DNA of 64,000 bases from Gammaproteobacteria bacterium (lineage in GTDB: Bacteria > Pseudomonadota > Gammaproteobacteria > Eutrophobiales > Eutrophobiaceae), in assembly GCA_965222155.1 (NCBI GenBank), contig CBDCTH010000012.1, positions 2,496,001-2,560,000 of the forward strand, in the 5' to 3' direction. Below are positions 34,411 through 43,815 of the stretch, piece by piece. How positions within the stretch are numbered: the first letter of the stretch is position 1; each line of letters starts with the position of its first letter. The notes under the pieces are model-generated. The model saw only the letters and a program-made list of their open reading frames with translations, did not search any database and was not told where the DNA came from. Both the position numbers and the translations under genes were made by a program.

Positions 34411-35799
34411 TCAGCCCGATTGTAGTTCCGGTTTGTCGGCGATACTCAACTCGTCATGGGCTTCCGGTAGTTTAAATGCCGCCTCACGCACGTCAAGTTT
34501 ACCGGTAACTACGTCGGCAATCAGGCGGGTGCGGTATTCTTGCAAGAATTCGATTTGGCGTTGGGTAGCGCTGACAGCAGCTATGAGTTGTTCCGTCTGA
34601 GCCCAAGTTTCAGTAAGAATACGTTGCTGTTCTGAAATATCAGGCAAAACAATCTTAAAGTTGCGAATTGAGTCCAATGTAAGTCCTTCACGGGATGCTC
34701 CATTTTGTTCAAAATGTATCTCGCGTTGCATAAAGGTGGTAGACAAGTATGATGCCAAAAAGCCAGACAGCAGACGATTCTTCTTGGGTCTGATGATGCA
34801 AACGTGTTGACTCACATTGCCTTCTCCAAAATCGCTGGGAACAGAACAGACACGCCCAATAGAAGCCCCAGTTATATTCAGTAGAACATCATCCGATTTC
34901 ACATGCGTATTTGAGAGTGTTTGATGAAGCCTCGGTGTTATTCGAGCAACATCTTCAAGGCGAAGTCCGTCAAAATAGACATTCTGACTTCGGAGGAATG
35001 GAATTCCAGTATTTTGATATATGGTTGCTCCACCACGAGGAGTAACGCCGCTACCGAACTTCGTTGCCAGATAACGTAGCGCAATCACCTCCCAATGCGC
35101 CGGCACATCGCCGAGCCACTCGACCCCGGAGGGATTGAGGCGAACATTTGGGTCGAGCCCCCGGGTTACTGCACGATGGATGACGACCTGTCGTTGCTCC
35201 TCTAGTAGGTTGATGAGCTGCTCTTTGGCGTTGATGTGGCTGCGGATGTGTTCGGTAGCATGCTTGAGATAACGAACAATAGCGTTTTGTTCGGGGAGGG
35301 GTGGAACAAGACAAGGTAGATACTGGAAATCGCGCCAATTCAGATTCTGCCGTAGACCTGAACCCAAGCCATAGAATATTTTCTTGAGATCATAGGTATG
35401 GAGCAATAGGTGTCCATATTCACGCGATATTATTCCTCTTGTGTGGAAACACATATAAGCTGAGGTGATAGCCCCATGATGACGACTCAGGCCAAAACGA
35501 AGGCTAGTCCAGTCATTCTGTAAATCTGTCGGCCGAATAATTATATCGCCCGGTTCAATCACTTGGTATGTTTCAAAAGAAGCAGGAACTAGTCCGTGAT
35601 GTTGCTCAACCGGTTTGATTACGATTTGTCCATAGCTCAAGGAAAGAATCGTTGTTTCTTGCATACCGGTATTTGGTGATTTTTTTTCGTAATAACAGGC
35701 TCTACCAGGTAACAGCTCCCAATGTGCTGGTATGTCACCCAGCCATTCAACGCTGGAAGGTTTATACGCAGGGTAGGGTGTAGGTTTCAACGATTTCAA
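34411..35799 (-). CDS. hsdS: Type I R-M specificity subunit
   Basis: Repeated PSxVEWLGDxPAHW spacers, PPLPEQ, EYRTRLIADVVTGKLDVR; two TRDs. Confidence 0.95.
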   Translation of the reverse strand: MKSLKPTPYPAYKPSSVEWLGDIPAHWELLPGRACYYEKKSPNTGMQETTILSLSYGQIVIKPVEQHHGLVPASFETYQVIEPGDIIIRPTDLQNDWTSLRFGLSRHHGAITSAYMCFHTRGIISREYGHLLLHTYDLKKIFYGLGSGLRQNLNWRDFQYLPCLVPPLPEQNAIVRYLKHATEHIRSHINAKEQLINLLEEQRQVVIHRAVTRGLDPNVRLNPSGVEWLGDVPAHWEVIALRYLATKFGSGVTPRGGATIYQNTGIPFLRSQNVYFDGLRLEDVARITPRLHQTLSNTHVKSDDVLLNITGASIGRVCSVPSDFGEGNVSQHVCIIRPKKNRLLSGFLASYLSTTFMQREIHFEQNGASREGLTLDSIRNFKIVLPDISEQQRILTETWAQTEQLIAAVSATQRQIEFLQEYRTRLIADVVTGKLDVREAAFKLPEAHDELSIADKPELQSG

Positions 35800-37265
35800 T
35801 CCCGCATGAATGATTGGGATAACTCGATCAACCCGGAAAGACGAGTAATAGTGTCTTTTGAAAAATCATTAACATAGAAGTCATGCCCGGGATATTCGCT
35901 GGGAAAAGAGGACAGGGTGTTTATTCTTTGTATGTCTGATTTTTGGGTCCGTTCAGACAGGTAAGGCGTGTGGGGTGTTTTCTGTTCATTTTTTAAGTTG
36001 TCATGTAAGCGTTCTAATTCATCCAGAGATCTACTACTATTTTCATGTGTTGCCCTATCTGCTAGATATAAACGGATTTCTAATTCGTTGAAAATGGGTT
36101 CTGACTCTCGAAGCCGGTTTTCAAGGAAAGCCAATTCGTCAATATAGTTCATTACCTCACTGCCGGTCCGGTCACCTCTGATGTATTCCTGATAAAGAGT
36201 TTTGTTCTTCAAGCGCAGGATTATCAACAGCGGGTGAAGTAGTTGAGTCATAGGAGAATGTGTCGTAGCGTTTTTTCCGATAAAAACAATCATCCGTACA
36301 CAGTAATCAATATCGCGGAGTGATAAACCGAAATAACCGCATAACGCTTGGAAGAATCTGTTGAATTCTTCAAAGCCATGGTAATAAGGCCCGGGTTCTG
36401 TACTTCTACACAGACTGATATAGAGATGTTCCAGTTGGTATCGTTTAATCAGATATTCGTAGAAGGCTTTTGAGTCTATGTCCGGCAGCAAAAACTCCAT
36501 GTCAAAGAAACGTCGGAGGTAGGTGTCCGCGTCGATTTCGCCATAGACTGACCCGATGGACGAACGCAACTCGTCGCGGTTGATCCCGAATACAAAAACC
36601 ATATCAGGAATATCAAAGATATGTTTGACTCGTTCAAGCAATTCGATGGCGAAGGTCGGGCGGCACCGGTCCAGTTCATCAATGATGAAAACCAGGGGAT
36701 GTTTGGTGTCTGCCTTTACCTGTCCCGATAATTCTTGCAATGCTGTTTTGAGTTCAGTCTTTTTTTCTCTTTGCTGTGAATACTCATCCAAAGTCTTGTC
36801 TGCGAATTGTTCCAGAATTTCGTCGATGTTCAGACCGCTGACCTTATGCAAGATACTCAGAGCGCCTTGAATTAGCAGAGATTTTGTGGCCTCCTTGATT
36901 TTATCGTCTAACCCTTCAATCCCTTTTTGTTTTATAAAATCGGACAGTTGGCCAATAATTGCAACGAATGGGTCATCGCAGAAATCATCTTCCCAGGCGT
37001 TGAAATAGATAGCCCGAAAGCCGCCTTTTTCCAACTGCTTTTGCCATCGTTTAAGCAGGAACGTCTTGCCCGTTCCCCAATGTCCGTGCAGGCTGATAAC
37101 GAATGGGTCAGATTGCCCGCTGATAAGTTTCGTCAGTTTTTCAGCGACATCAGATCGTTTCAGTGCGTCATCTGCCCACGGGTTATCCTCCTGAATTGCC
37201 GGTTCGGATAACTTCAATCGAAGCGATTCTTTCAGGTCTTGGGCATCTGACAGGTTGTCGTTCAT
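35796..37265 (-). CDS. KAP-family P-loop NTPase
   Basis: ISLHGHWGTGKT, FNAWEDDF, FIIDELDRCRP, YLRRFFD. Confidence 0.92.
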   Translation of the reverse strand: MNDNLSDAQDLKESLRLKLSEPAIQEDNPWADDALKRSDVAEKLTKLISGQSDPFVISLHGHWGTGKTFLLKRWQKQLEKGGFRAIYFNAWEDDFCDDPFVAIIGQLSDFIKQKGIEGLDDKIKEATKSLLIQGALSILHKVSGLNIDEILEQFADKTLDEYSQQREKKTELKTALQELSGQVKADTKHPLVFIIDELDRCRPTFAIELLERVKHIFDIPDMVFVFGINRDELRSSIGSVYGEIDADTYLRRFFDMEFLLPDIDSKAFYEYLIKRYQLEHLYISLCRSTEPGPYYHGFEEFNRFFQALCGYFGLSLRDIDYCVRMIVFIGKNATTHSPMTQLLHPLLIILRLKNKTLYQEYIRGDRTGSEVMNYIDELAFLENRLRESEPIFNELEIRLYLADRATHENSSRSLDELERLHDNLKNEQKTPHTPYLSERTQKSDIQRINTLSSFPSEYPGHDFYVNDFSKDTITRLSGLIELSQSFMRD

Positions 37266-37287
37266 TTATTCAGGTTTAATCAACGGA

Positions 37288-38904
37288 TCAGGGCTGAATG
37301 TTAAAATGCTCGGCAATAGCGTCCAATTTTTCGACCACCTCAGGATGTATTTCCTCTTCTTTCATCTCTGCCGCAATTTGGTGATAATCACTTTTTTTAA
37401 TGTTAATTTCTGCCTCTTGCATAAGATTGGAGAGCAATTTTTTTCCCTTGGTATCCCGCAGAAAGGCAGTGGTTTTAAATGGATCATTATATACCGTCAA
37501 GGGCAGCTCCTTTTTCATATAATCATCTACTTCGCACGCTACGTTTGTTCCCTTATTTTTTTCTACAAAACAAATAATGGCCTTAGGGTGGATAAGATAG
37601 TTTTCGATTTCATAACGCTGCCAACACAGACTTTTCATGCCGTCAGGGAGCGAACCGCCCCTAGCGTCCTGGTCGCCATCCCGTAACTCCACTCCTCGAA
37701 AATCTGGACCGACCAAACGCATGGAACTGAAATGACTTAATGGGAACCCGTTCTTGCCCCCCTCTTCTGCGGTCCAACGCCAGAAGGGTCTTTCCAGGAA
37801 TGACAACAAGGGATGCCCCAGTATCCGCGCCCACTCCCTGAGTATGTCAATGTCTGTTTTTCCTTCCACGTATAAAATGCCGGGTTCAGTCAGGGCAAGC
37901 ATCATTTCCGTGTTCTCCAACAGGCGTAAAGTCCCTATCGCTTGCTGGCTACTCACTTTCCGCAATTCGCCGATACTTGTCAACACGCACAGGCTTTCTT
38001 TATCGGCAGCATTGATAATCTGCTCTGAGTGCGTCGCAATAATCAATTGTGACCCTTTCTGGAGGGCATATTCGCGCAAATCCTGATATATTTTCTGCTG
38101 CAACAGAATATGCAAATGTGCATCCGGTTCGTCGATAAGAACTACAGACACATCTTCGTGCAATAAGCTGGCGTAAACCATCAAAACTTGCAGAAAACCG
38201 CTTGCCGCGCTATTCAGTTCATACAGTTGATCTTCTTCTGAATGTCGGTAACGCGCGAGTATTTCTGCACCAGCGCTGGGAATTGATAGCTCGTAACCGA
38301 AAAAAGACCTGACGACTTTTTGTAATTTTTCCCATTTTTTTATGTCCTGACTGACGGCAAGAAGCAGGTTGCGTAATACGCTACCCCCACGCCCTCCTGC
38401 CAGTCGCGCTGGGACTACGCCGGGACCAAACAGGGGTTCACTCCTGTCCAGTTGAGAAAAGGGTGGTATGTAAACAGGTATGAGGGGATTATCAATATAT
38501 TTCTCCAAATCCTCCTCTTGGACCTCTTTTGCAGGACGTGCGACAACTAATTCTCTTTCCGCGTATAAAATTTCGAAACCTATTTTCCAGTGGTCGGTAT
38601 GTACCCAGATAGATGCGGGAGATGTTACGTCCTTATCTTTCCAAAGATAATCGAAATCAGCCAGGGGTACTGAATAGAATTTTTCTATGTTGAGGTTGAT
38701 TTTTGGGTAATTCTCGTCCTGCTCTCGCGCCAGATCCGGGCTTTTCTGGCTCCATTGAGAAGCAATTTCCGAACAGGCTGCAATGGCTTGCAACACTGTG
38801 GTTTTGCCGGAATTGTTCGGTCCCGCAATGACGAGATGATGAGGAATTTCGAATTCCACTTGATCGAATTTCTTGATGCTACGAATCTTGACTTTGCGGA
38901 TCAT
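37288..38904 (-). CDS. ABC-ATPase-TOPRIM fusion (OLD-like ATP-dependent nuclease)
   Basis: Walker A GPNNSGKT, ASG signature, LIDEPDAHLH, IIATHS; TOPRIM LYVEGKTD...DGD; EIENYL. Confidence 0.85.
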   Translation of the reverse strand: MIRKVKIRSIKKFDQVEFEIPHHLVIAGPNNSGKTTVLQAIAACSEIASQWSQKSPDLAREQDENYPKINLNIEKFYSVPLADFDYLWKDKDVTSPASIWVHTDHWKIGFEILYAERELVVARPAKEVQEEDLEKYIDNPLIPVYIPPFSQLDRSEPLFGPGVVPARLAGGRGGSVLRNLLLAVSQDIKKWEKLQKVVRSFFGYELSIPSAGAEILARYRHSEEDQLYELNSAASGFLQVLMVYASLLHEDVSVVLIDEPDAHLHILLQQKIYQDLREYALQKGSQLIIATHSEQIINAADKESLCVLTSIGELRKVSSQQAIGTLRLLENTEMMLALTEPGILYVEGKTDIDILREWARILGHPLLSFLERPFWRWTAEEGGKNGFPLSHFSSMRLVGPDFRGVELRDGDQDARGGSLPDGMKSLCWQRYEIENYLIHPKAIICFVEKNKGTNVACEVDDYMKKELPLTVYNDPFKTTAFLRDTKGKKLLSNLMQEAEINIKKSDYHQIAAEMKEEEIHPEVVEKLDAIAEHFNIQP

Positions 38905-39259
38905 GTCTGTTTGTCTCCGGTACAAAAATTGGTGGCGCCTCACTCCATACAATGTGCCCATGCCTCAGCCAGTAATGACACCGGCAAGCCAAGCCAGTGA
39001 CATGCACTGATGGCGATAAGGATATGAGGCCGTCCGGGTGCTCTGTTATACGCCATTTTTTGCGCACGTCAGGTGATACGTCCAGGTGTACAACCTGCTG
39101 GCAAGCCTGACGGGGACAAACAATGGCCGCATAGAACGGATATTCACGTCCACCAACGATATACACTGTGTTTTTAGCGGGATTCTCAGGCAGATCTTCT
39201 ACCCACTCAGTACGATAAGGATGAAATCGCGCCCATAAATTGAATAACCATCTAATCAT
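38879..39259 (-). CDS. DUF6527-like Cys/His protein of ubiquitination-like operons
   Basis: CPRQAC...W...SLSPSV...CRCHYWLRHGHIVW; overlaps both neighbours. Confidence 0.75.
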   Translation of the reverse strand: MIRWLFNLWARFHPYRTEWVEDLPENPAKNTVYIVGGREYPFYAAIVCPRQACQQVVHLDVSPDVRKKWRITEHPDGLISLSPSVHVTGLACRCHYWLRHGHIVWSEAPPIFVPETNRHDPQSQDS

Positions 39260-40646
39260 TGTTGATATTGTTTTTTACGAGCAAGCTCTTGTCACCTGTT
39301 CCTGCATATCGTTTCAACAATGAATGCGGCTTGCCTGTGTCCGTGTCTTTTTCATAACATCCATGCACCAGGCGAAACCGCTGGGTACCGAACTCATGAT
39401 TGTCGTCAAAACGGTAGGTATGAATTCGGGCCAGAAAATCATTAAACGCCATGCAGGCTGCCTGCATATTAATCGACATTACGGCGGGCTGTTCTTCGCC
39501 CACCGCTGCCAGGTATCCGGCTGCCTGCTGCCCCTGGTAGTGCTCCGGAGCGTTTCTCTGCCAGTTTTCGGCTGTGACCTGCTCCATAGTATATGCACCG
39601 CGTGATAGTAAGCTATCGCCTTCCGGATGGATGAAGTGCGAGACCGCATCGGCGCTTGTAATGTCCCCTGTGCCATCGGCCTCAAGGTGTACCCCAACGT
39701 CGAAATACGGAATCAGGTAAGCGCTCGCCAGACAATCCAGGTGGTACCTGCCAAAGGCTGAATCCACACAACCGAAAATGACATCGCAATCTATCAATGC
39801 TGCAACAACATCAGGTGAATCTGTTAAAGCCTGGTAGGTATCTACATCGGTTCCCATTCCGATTTTCTGAATTGCTTGTTTGAGGGCTGAAACCTTGGGT
39901 TGTCGCTTTTTGGCGCCCTCCGTAGTACTGTTGACAATTCGATTCAGGTTTTTTTCTTCCAGCGTATCACTGTCCGCAATGACCAACTCTCCCACACAAT
40001 TACGCGTCAACAACTCAATGATGATACTCCCGGTTCCGGAACATCCGACGACTCCCACCTTCAAGGAACGCAGTAAATTCAAAGTTTTGCTGCCGAAAGT
40101 CTGCGACAATTTTCTTTGATATGCCGATGTTTTTCTTTTTCCCCCCTGCTTCCAGATACGAATGGTGTTACCGACCACAGAAACAGACGCCAATTCGAAA
40201 AACTTTCCATTGACATCCACTATTCGCGCCCGGATTGTGCCATCGGGCATCATTATAGCTGACCCGTTCAGGCGATCATCGTCGAACCAGTTGCAAACTG
40301 ACGCAAATAACTCCCGGTCGTTTTGGTCGTCAATCTCTGAAAACATTTCATATCCATTTGGGTGAGAATGAATGGTTACTACGGACTGACCGCGTCGATC
40401 AATATCACTGATCTTTTCCGGTGTCAGGTAATCTTCAAAAGGCCACGATATAAACCTGTCCTTTCTTTGTGACCGATTGTGGGGCAGACACAAAATTTCC
40501 GAAACGATGAGGCGCTGGCGGTGCTTCCCTGACCCCTGGTTGCAGAGCAAAACAGCGGCTGCTTCCAGCCCATCACCCGGGAAAAGATATTCGAAAACCG
40601 TCTCATGGCGACGTTCAGTCATCACCAGTGAGACGGGTTTCATCAC
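39252..40646 (-). CDS. JAB peptidase - E1/ThiF adenylase fusion (BubCD-like)
   Basis: LEAAA...IHSHP.....FSEIDD JAB motif; GCSGTGS, DSDTLEEKNLNR, GCVD ThiF motifs; no CxxC pairs. Confidence 0.9.
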   Translation of the reverse strand: MMKPVSLVMTERRHETVFEYLFPGDGLEAAAVLLCNQGSGKHRQRLIVSEILCLPHNRSQRKDRFISWPFEDYLTPEKISDIDRRGQSVVTIHSHPNGYEMFSEIDDQNDRELFASVCNWFDDDRLNGSAIMMPDGTIRARIVDVNGKFFELASVSVVGNTIRIWKQGGKRKTSAYQRKLSQTFGSKTLNLLRSLKVGVVGCSGTGSIIIELLTRNCVGELVIADSDTLEEKNLNRIVNSTTEGAKKRQPKVSALKQAIQKIGMGTDVDTYQALTDSPDVVAALIDCDVIFGCVDSAFGRYHLDCLASAYLIPYFDVGVHLEADGTGDITSADAVSHFIHPEGDSLLSRGAYTMEQVTAENWQRNAPEHYQGQQAAGYLAAVGEEQPAVMSINMQAACMAFNDFLARIHTYRFDDNHEFGTQRFRLVHGCYEKDTDTGKPHSLLKRYAGTGDKSLLVKNNINND

Positions 40647-41761
40647 TTTACCTCGTTTTCTATCTCGTTTCTAATGTGCTCAATATGTTTCCAAAGGCAA
40701 TCTTCGCCCGGTTTCCATTCATAATGCCGGGACCAGCGTTGCCAGGTCCGACCGAAATGGTCTTCAGAAGCCAGTGCGTTAATTGTTGCGCCATTCGATT
40801 TGTGGAGTGGCGGATCAAAATAAAACATGTCTAACGCCGAACCGGGATAACCACTTGGAATGAGCACCATCAATGTGGCCTGCGCCATAGTGTAGCCGTC
40901 TGGAACAGGAAATACCCTGATAAGCAAGCCGTGTTTCCCGTTACCCTCTGTTATTTTCTCCCACTTGGAGAAATAATTTGCTTCCAGATATTCAGTATCT
41001 TCCGGCAGTAATTCATAAGGGCCGACATCACCTTGTTGCGCTTGTCGCCGGACAGTTTCAAAGCGTTCAATACCTGGCTGCGCCAAATCAACCTTCGTAT
41101 TAGCCTCGATTCTTTCTCTTTTACCACCACACAACTTCTGATTAAGAGACCACTCGCCGAAACTTTTTTCAACTAACGCTAAAATGTTGACCCCGGTGAT
41201 TTCTGCGGAGTCCACGGTGTGTTTTTCACCATCAATACGGATGCGATATTTTCTTACTTTGGGTGGGCGGCGATTGTGTTTTCCGCATTTTTCGATATCA
41301 ATTGAGTCGTCATCATCGTCGGCAGGGGGAATGACGAAGTATGAATCCTTATCCTGGATAACAATGATCATGTCGTCCGGAATCTCCACGTCAACACTGT
41401 CTTTTATATCAGCAAACAACCGTCCATCGGGAAATTTGTCATCTCGTTCTTTAAGAGCTTTGCCACTGATTTTTGCAGTTGATAACTCTAAATCGTGAGA
41501 ACCATTAAACTCCGGCTGCACGCCATTACGCAATCGCGGGTTATCTTCGATAGAACTTTCCCCAGTCACGAACTTTTCCCCGCCATGGATAAGCAGGTAT
41601 TCCTCGGGCAAGAGAGGGATATCTATACCGTCTTCCCGGTTCAAAAAAATCCGATTTTCACCGCAATCGGCGATTTCATAAAGTGTTGCGACAGAAACAA
41701 GTCCTGCGTGAACCTGTTGTTCTTGACCGTTGATTTGAACGTTCATTTTCATGATCTCCAT
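40643..41761 (-). CDS. Multi-ubiquitin-like domain - E2/UBC-like fusion (BubA-BubB-like)
   Basis: About three beta-grasp-like repeats ending RRQAQQG (G244), then an E2 family-E-like domain (IPSGYPGSALDMFYF, WQRWSRH). Confidence 0.85.
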   Translation of the reverse strand: MEIMKMNVQINGQEQQVHAGLVSVATLYEIADCGENRIFLNREDGIDIPLLPEEYLLIHGGEKFVTGESSIEDNPRLRNGVQPEFNGSHDLELSTAKISGKALKERDDKFPDGRLFADIKDSVDVEIPDDMIIVIQDKDSYFVIPPADDDDDSIDIEKCGKHNRRPPKVRKYRIRIDGEKHTVDSAEITGVNILALVEKSFGEWSLNQKLCGGKRERIEANTKVDLAQPGIERFETVRRQAQQGDVGPYELLPEDTEYLEANYFSKWEKITEGNGKHGLLIRVFPVPDGYTMAQATLMVLIPSGYPGSALDMFYFDPPLHKSNGATINALASEDHFGRTWQRWSRHYEWKPGEDCLWKHIEHIRNEIENEVK

Positions 41762-41865
41762 AATAGCAGGTTGTAATAAATTTTGTTGCCTCTATAATCT
41801 CTGATGAGACAGTGAACAATCACATAATATCATTAAATTCTCAAAACGCAACAAAAATATTCTCA

Positions 41866-42222
41866 ATGAGCAATGAAATAGACAAAAATTTTGCACAGAG
41901 ATTGATAAAGTCTCGACAAATCAGGGGGTTAAAGCAGGCAGATCTAGCCAGGAACGCGGGCATTCCTCCCTCGGCAATTTCCCATTTTGAGGCAGGAGAA
42001 CGAAAACCTTCTTTTGAAACCCTACACCGCCTTGCAGAAGCGCTGGGCGTCACTATAGATTTTCTTCTTGGTAGAATTGATGAGACGGAAGGACTTGCAG
42101 ATGCCGACCCCCTCTATCGCGGCTTCCAGGAAATGAATGATGAAGACAGAAAGCTGACCCAGGATTTTATGGAAATGCTGAGGAATCGGCATTCAGGAAC
42201 GCAGAATGACGAAAACAAATAA
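41866..42222 (+). CDS. XRE HTH repressor (CapH/ImmR-like)
   Basis: LKQADLARNAGIPPSAISHFEAGERKPSFETL; divergent from the Ubl operon; overlaps the peptidase gene. Confidence 0.88.
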   Translation: MSNEIDKNFAQRLIKSRQIRGLKQADLARNAGIPPSAISHFEAGERKPSFETLHRLAEALGVTIDFLLGRIDETEGLADADPLYRGFQEMNDEDRKLTQDFMEMLRNRHSGTQNDENK

Positions 42223-43037
42223 TTATCCTGTTATTCGGGCCAAGGCAAAAGAATTAATTACCCGGTTTGGAATAACAGAACTGCCGGTAAACCCTTTCGA
42301 GATTGCGCATAAACTTGATATCCAAACTCATCCCAAACCCTCGAACCAGAAAGGCGGAATATCCGGGGCGCTGGTCAGAAGCGGCAATAATTTCGGTATT
42401 TTATACGCTACCAATATTCCTAACATCGGTTACCAAAGATTTACCGTAGCACATGAAATCGGACATTACGTACTGGGCGGGCACATGGACCATTTGCAAT
42501 TGAAAGATGGCCATATTCATTACTCGAAAGCGGGATTCCACGGAGATAAATATGAGAGAGAAGCTGATTATTTTGCTGCTCAATTACTTATGCCGGATAC
42601 CCTGTTTACCAAGGCGTTGGCTACCAATGAAGATGGCATGAACGCGATAAAAAACCTTGCTGATAAGTGTCAAACCTCTTTGACTGCGACAGCAATACGC
42701 TACGTTGAGAAAACGGATTCCGTATCGGTAGTTGTAGTAAGTGAGAAGGACAGAATACTATATGCTTTTTTTTCCAGTGAGATGCATAGATTCAGACTGG
42801 ACTACCCAAGGAAAAATTCACCATTACCGGACACTTCATTAACTTCTGAAATCAATCGTGATGAAGTCTCTTTGCGTGAAGGAGAGGCTGATACAAACAT
42901 TGATGATTGGTTTGAAAGCGATTTTGACCTGGAATGCGTATTTCACTGAATCCTGCCACCCGTTTCACGTGAAGGCTGCCACCCGGAACGCAGCAAAGCT
43001 GCCACCCCCAGGCGCGTGATGACGTGGGTGTTGGTCA

Positions 43038-43796
43038 TTATGACTCTGTTGGGGTCATCGTCGTCAATGTTTTTTTCTGTTTTCGCATGGATTCACCCTT
43101 GAGTTGTATTTTGTAAGCATTATGCACCAGGCGGTCAAGGATGGCATCGGCGAGGGTGGGGTCGCCGATGCTGTGATGCCATTTTTCGGCCGGTAATTGA
43201 CTGGTAGCGAGGGTGGAGCGTGCGCCGTGGCGGTCTTCCAGGATTTCCAGCAGGTCACGGCGCTGCTCTGCGTTCAATTTGACCAGGCCCCAGTCATCGA
43301 GGATGAGGGCCTGGGTTTTTGCCAGGGTGGTGAGGAGCTTGGGATAGCGTCCATCGCCCTTGGCGATGGACAGGTCCTGGAGGAGTCTGGGCAGGCGCAG
43401 GTAGAGGGCGGTGTAGCCGTGCCGGCAGGCGTTGTGTGCCAGGGCACAGGCGAGCCAGGTTTTGCCGACGCCGGTGGGGCCGGTGATGAGGATATTGAGG
43501 TGTTCGCGGACCCACTGGCAGGTGGCCAGTGATTGCATCAGGGATTTATCCAGTCCGCGCGGGTGGCGATAGTCGATATCCTCCAGGGTGGCATTGTGTT
43601 TGAGGCGGGCGCATCGCAGCCGGTTGGACAGGCGTCGGTTGTCCCGTTCGGTTATCTCCCGGTCGACGAGCAGGCCGAGGCGTTCCTCGAAGCTGAGGGT
43701 ATCGATATCGGGCACGGACATCTGCTCGGTGAGGGCGGCAGCCATACCGGTGCATTTCAAGGTCTGGAGTTTGTCCAGGGTGGGATGTATCAACAT
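43038..43796 (-). CDS. istB: IS21 helper ATPase
   Basis: [25 protein letters not shown]. Confidence 0.96.
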   Translation of the reverse strand: MLIHPTLDKLQTLKCTGMAAALTEQMSVPDIDTLSFEERLGLLVDREITERDNRRLSNRLRCARLKHNATLEDIDYRHPRGLDKSLMQSLATCQWVREHLNILITGPTGVGKTWLACALAHNACRHGYTALYLRLPRLLQDLSIAKGDGRYPKLLTTLAKTQALILDDWGLVKLNAEQRRDLLEILEDRHGARSTLATSQLPAEKWHHSIGDPTLADAILDRLVHNAYKIQLKGESMRKQKKTLTTMTPTES

Positions 43797-43815
43797 AGCA
43801 GTCTCCTGTCGTGGG

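Noticed and set aside
37288-38904. Gabija GajA or retron-associated OLD nuclease
   Set aside because: No UvrD-like GajB and no reverse transcriptase in the window.
39252-41761. CBASS type II (Cap2/Cap3) or thiamine/molybdopterin ThiF-ThiS biosynthesis
   Set aside because: No CD-NTase or cyclic-nucleotide effector is present, domain order is JAB-E1 plus Ubl-E2, and there are no cofactor biosynthesis genes nearby.
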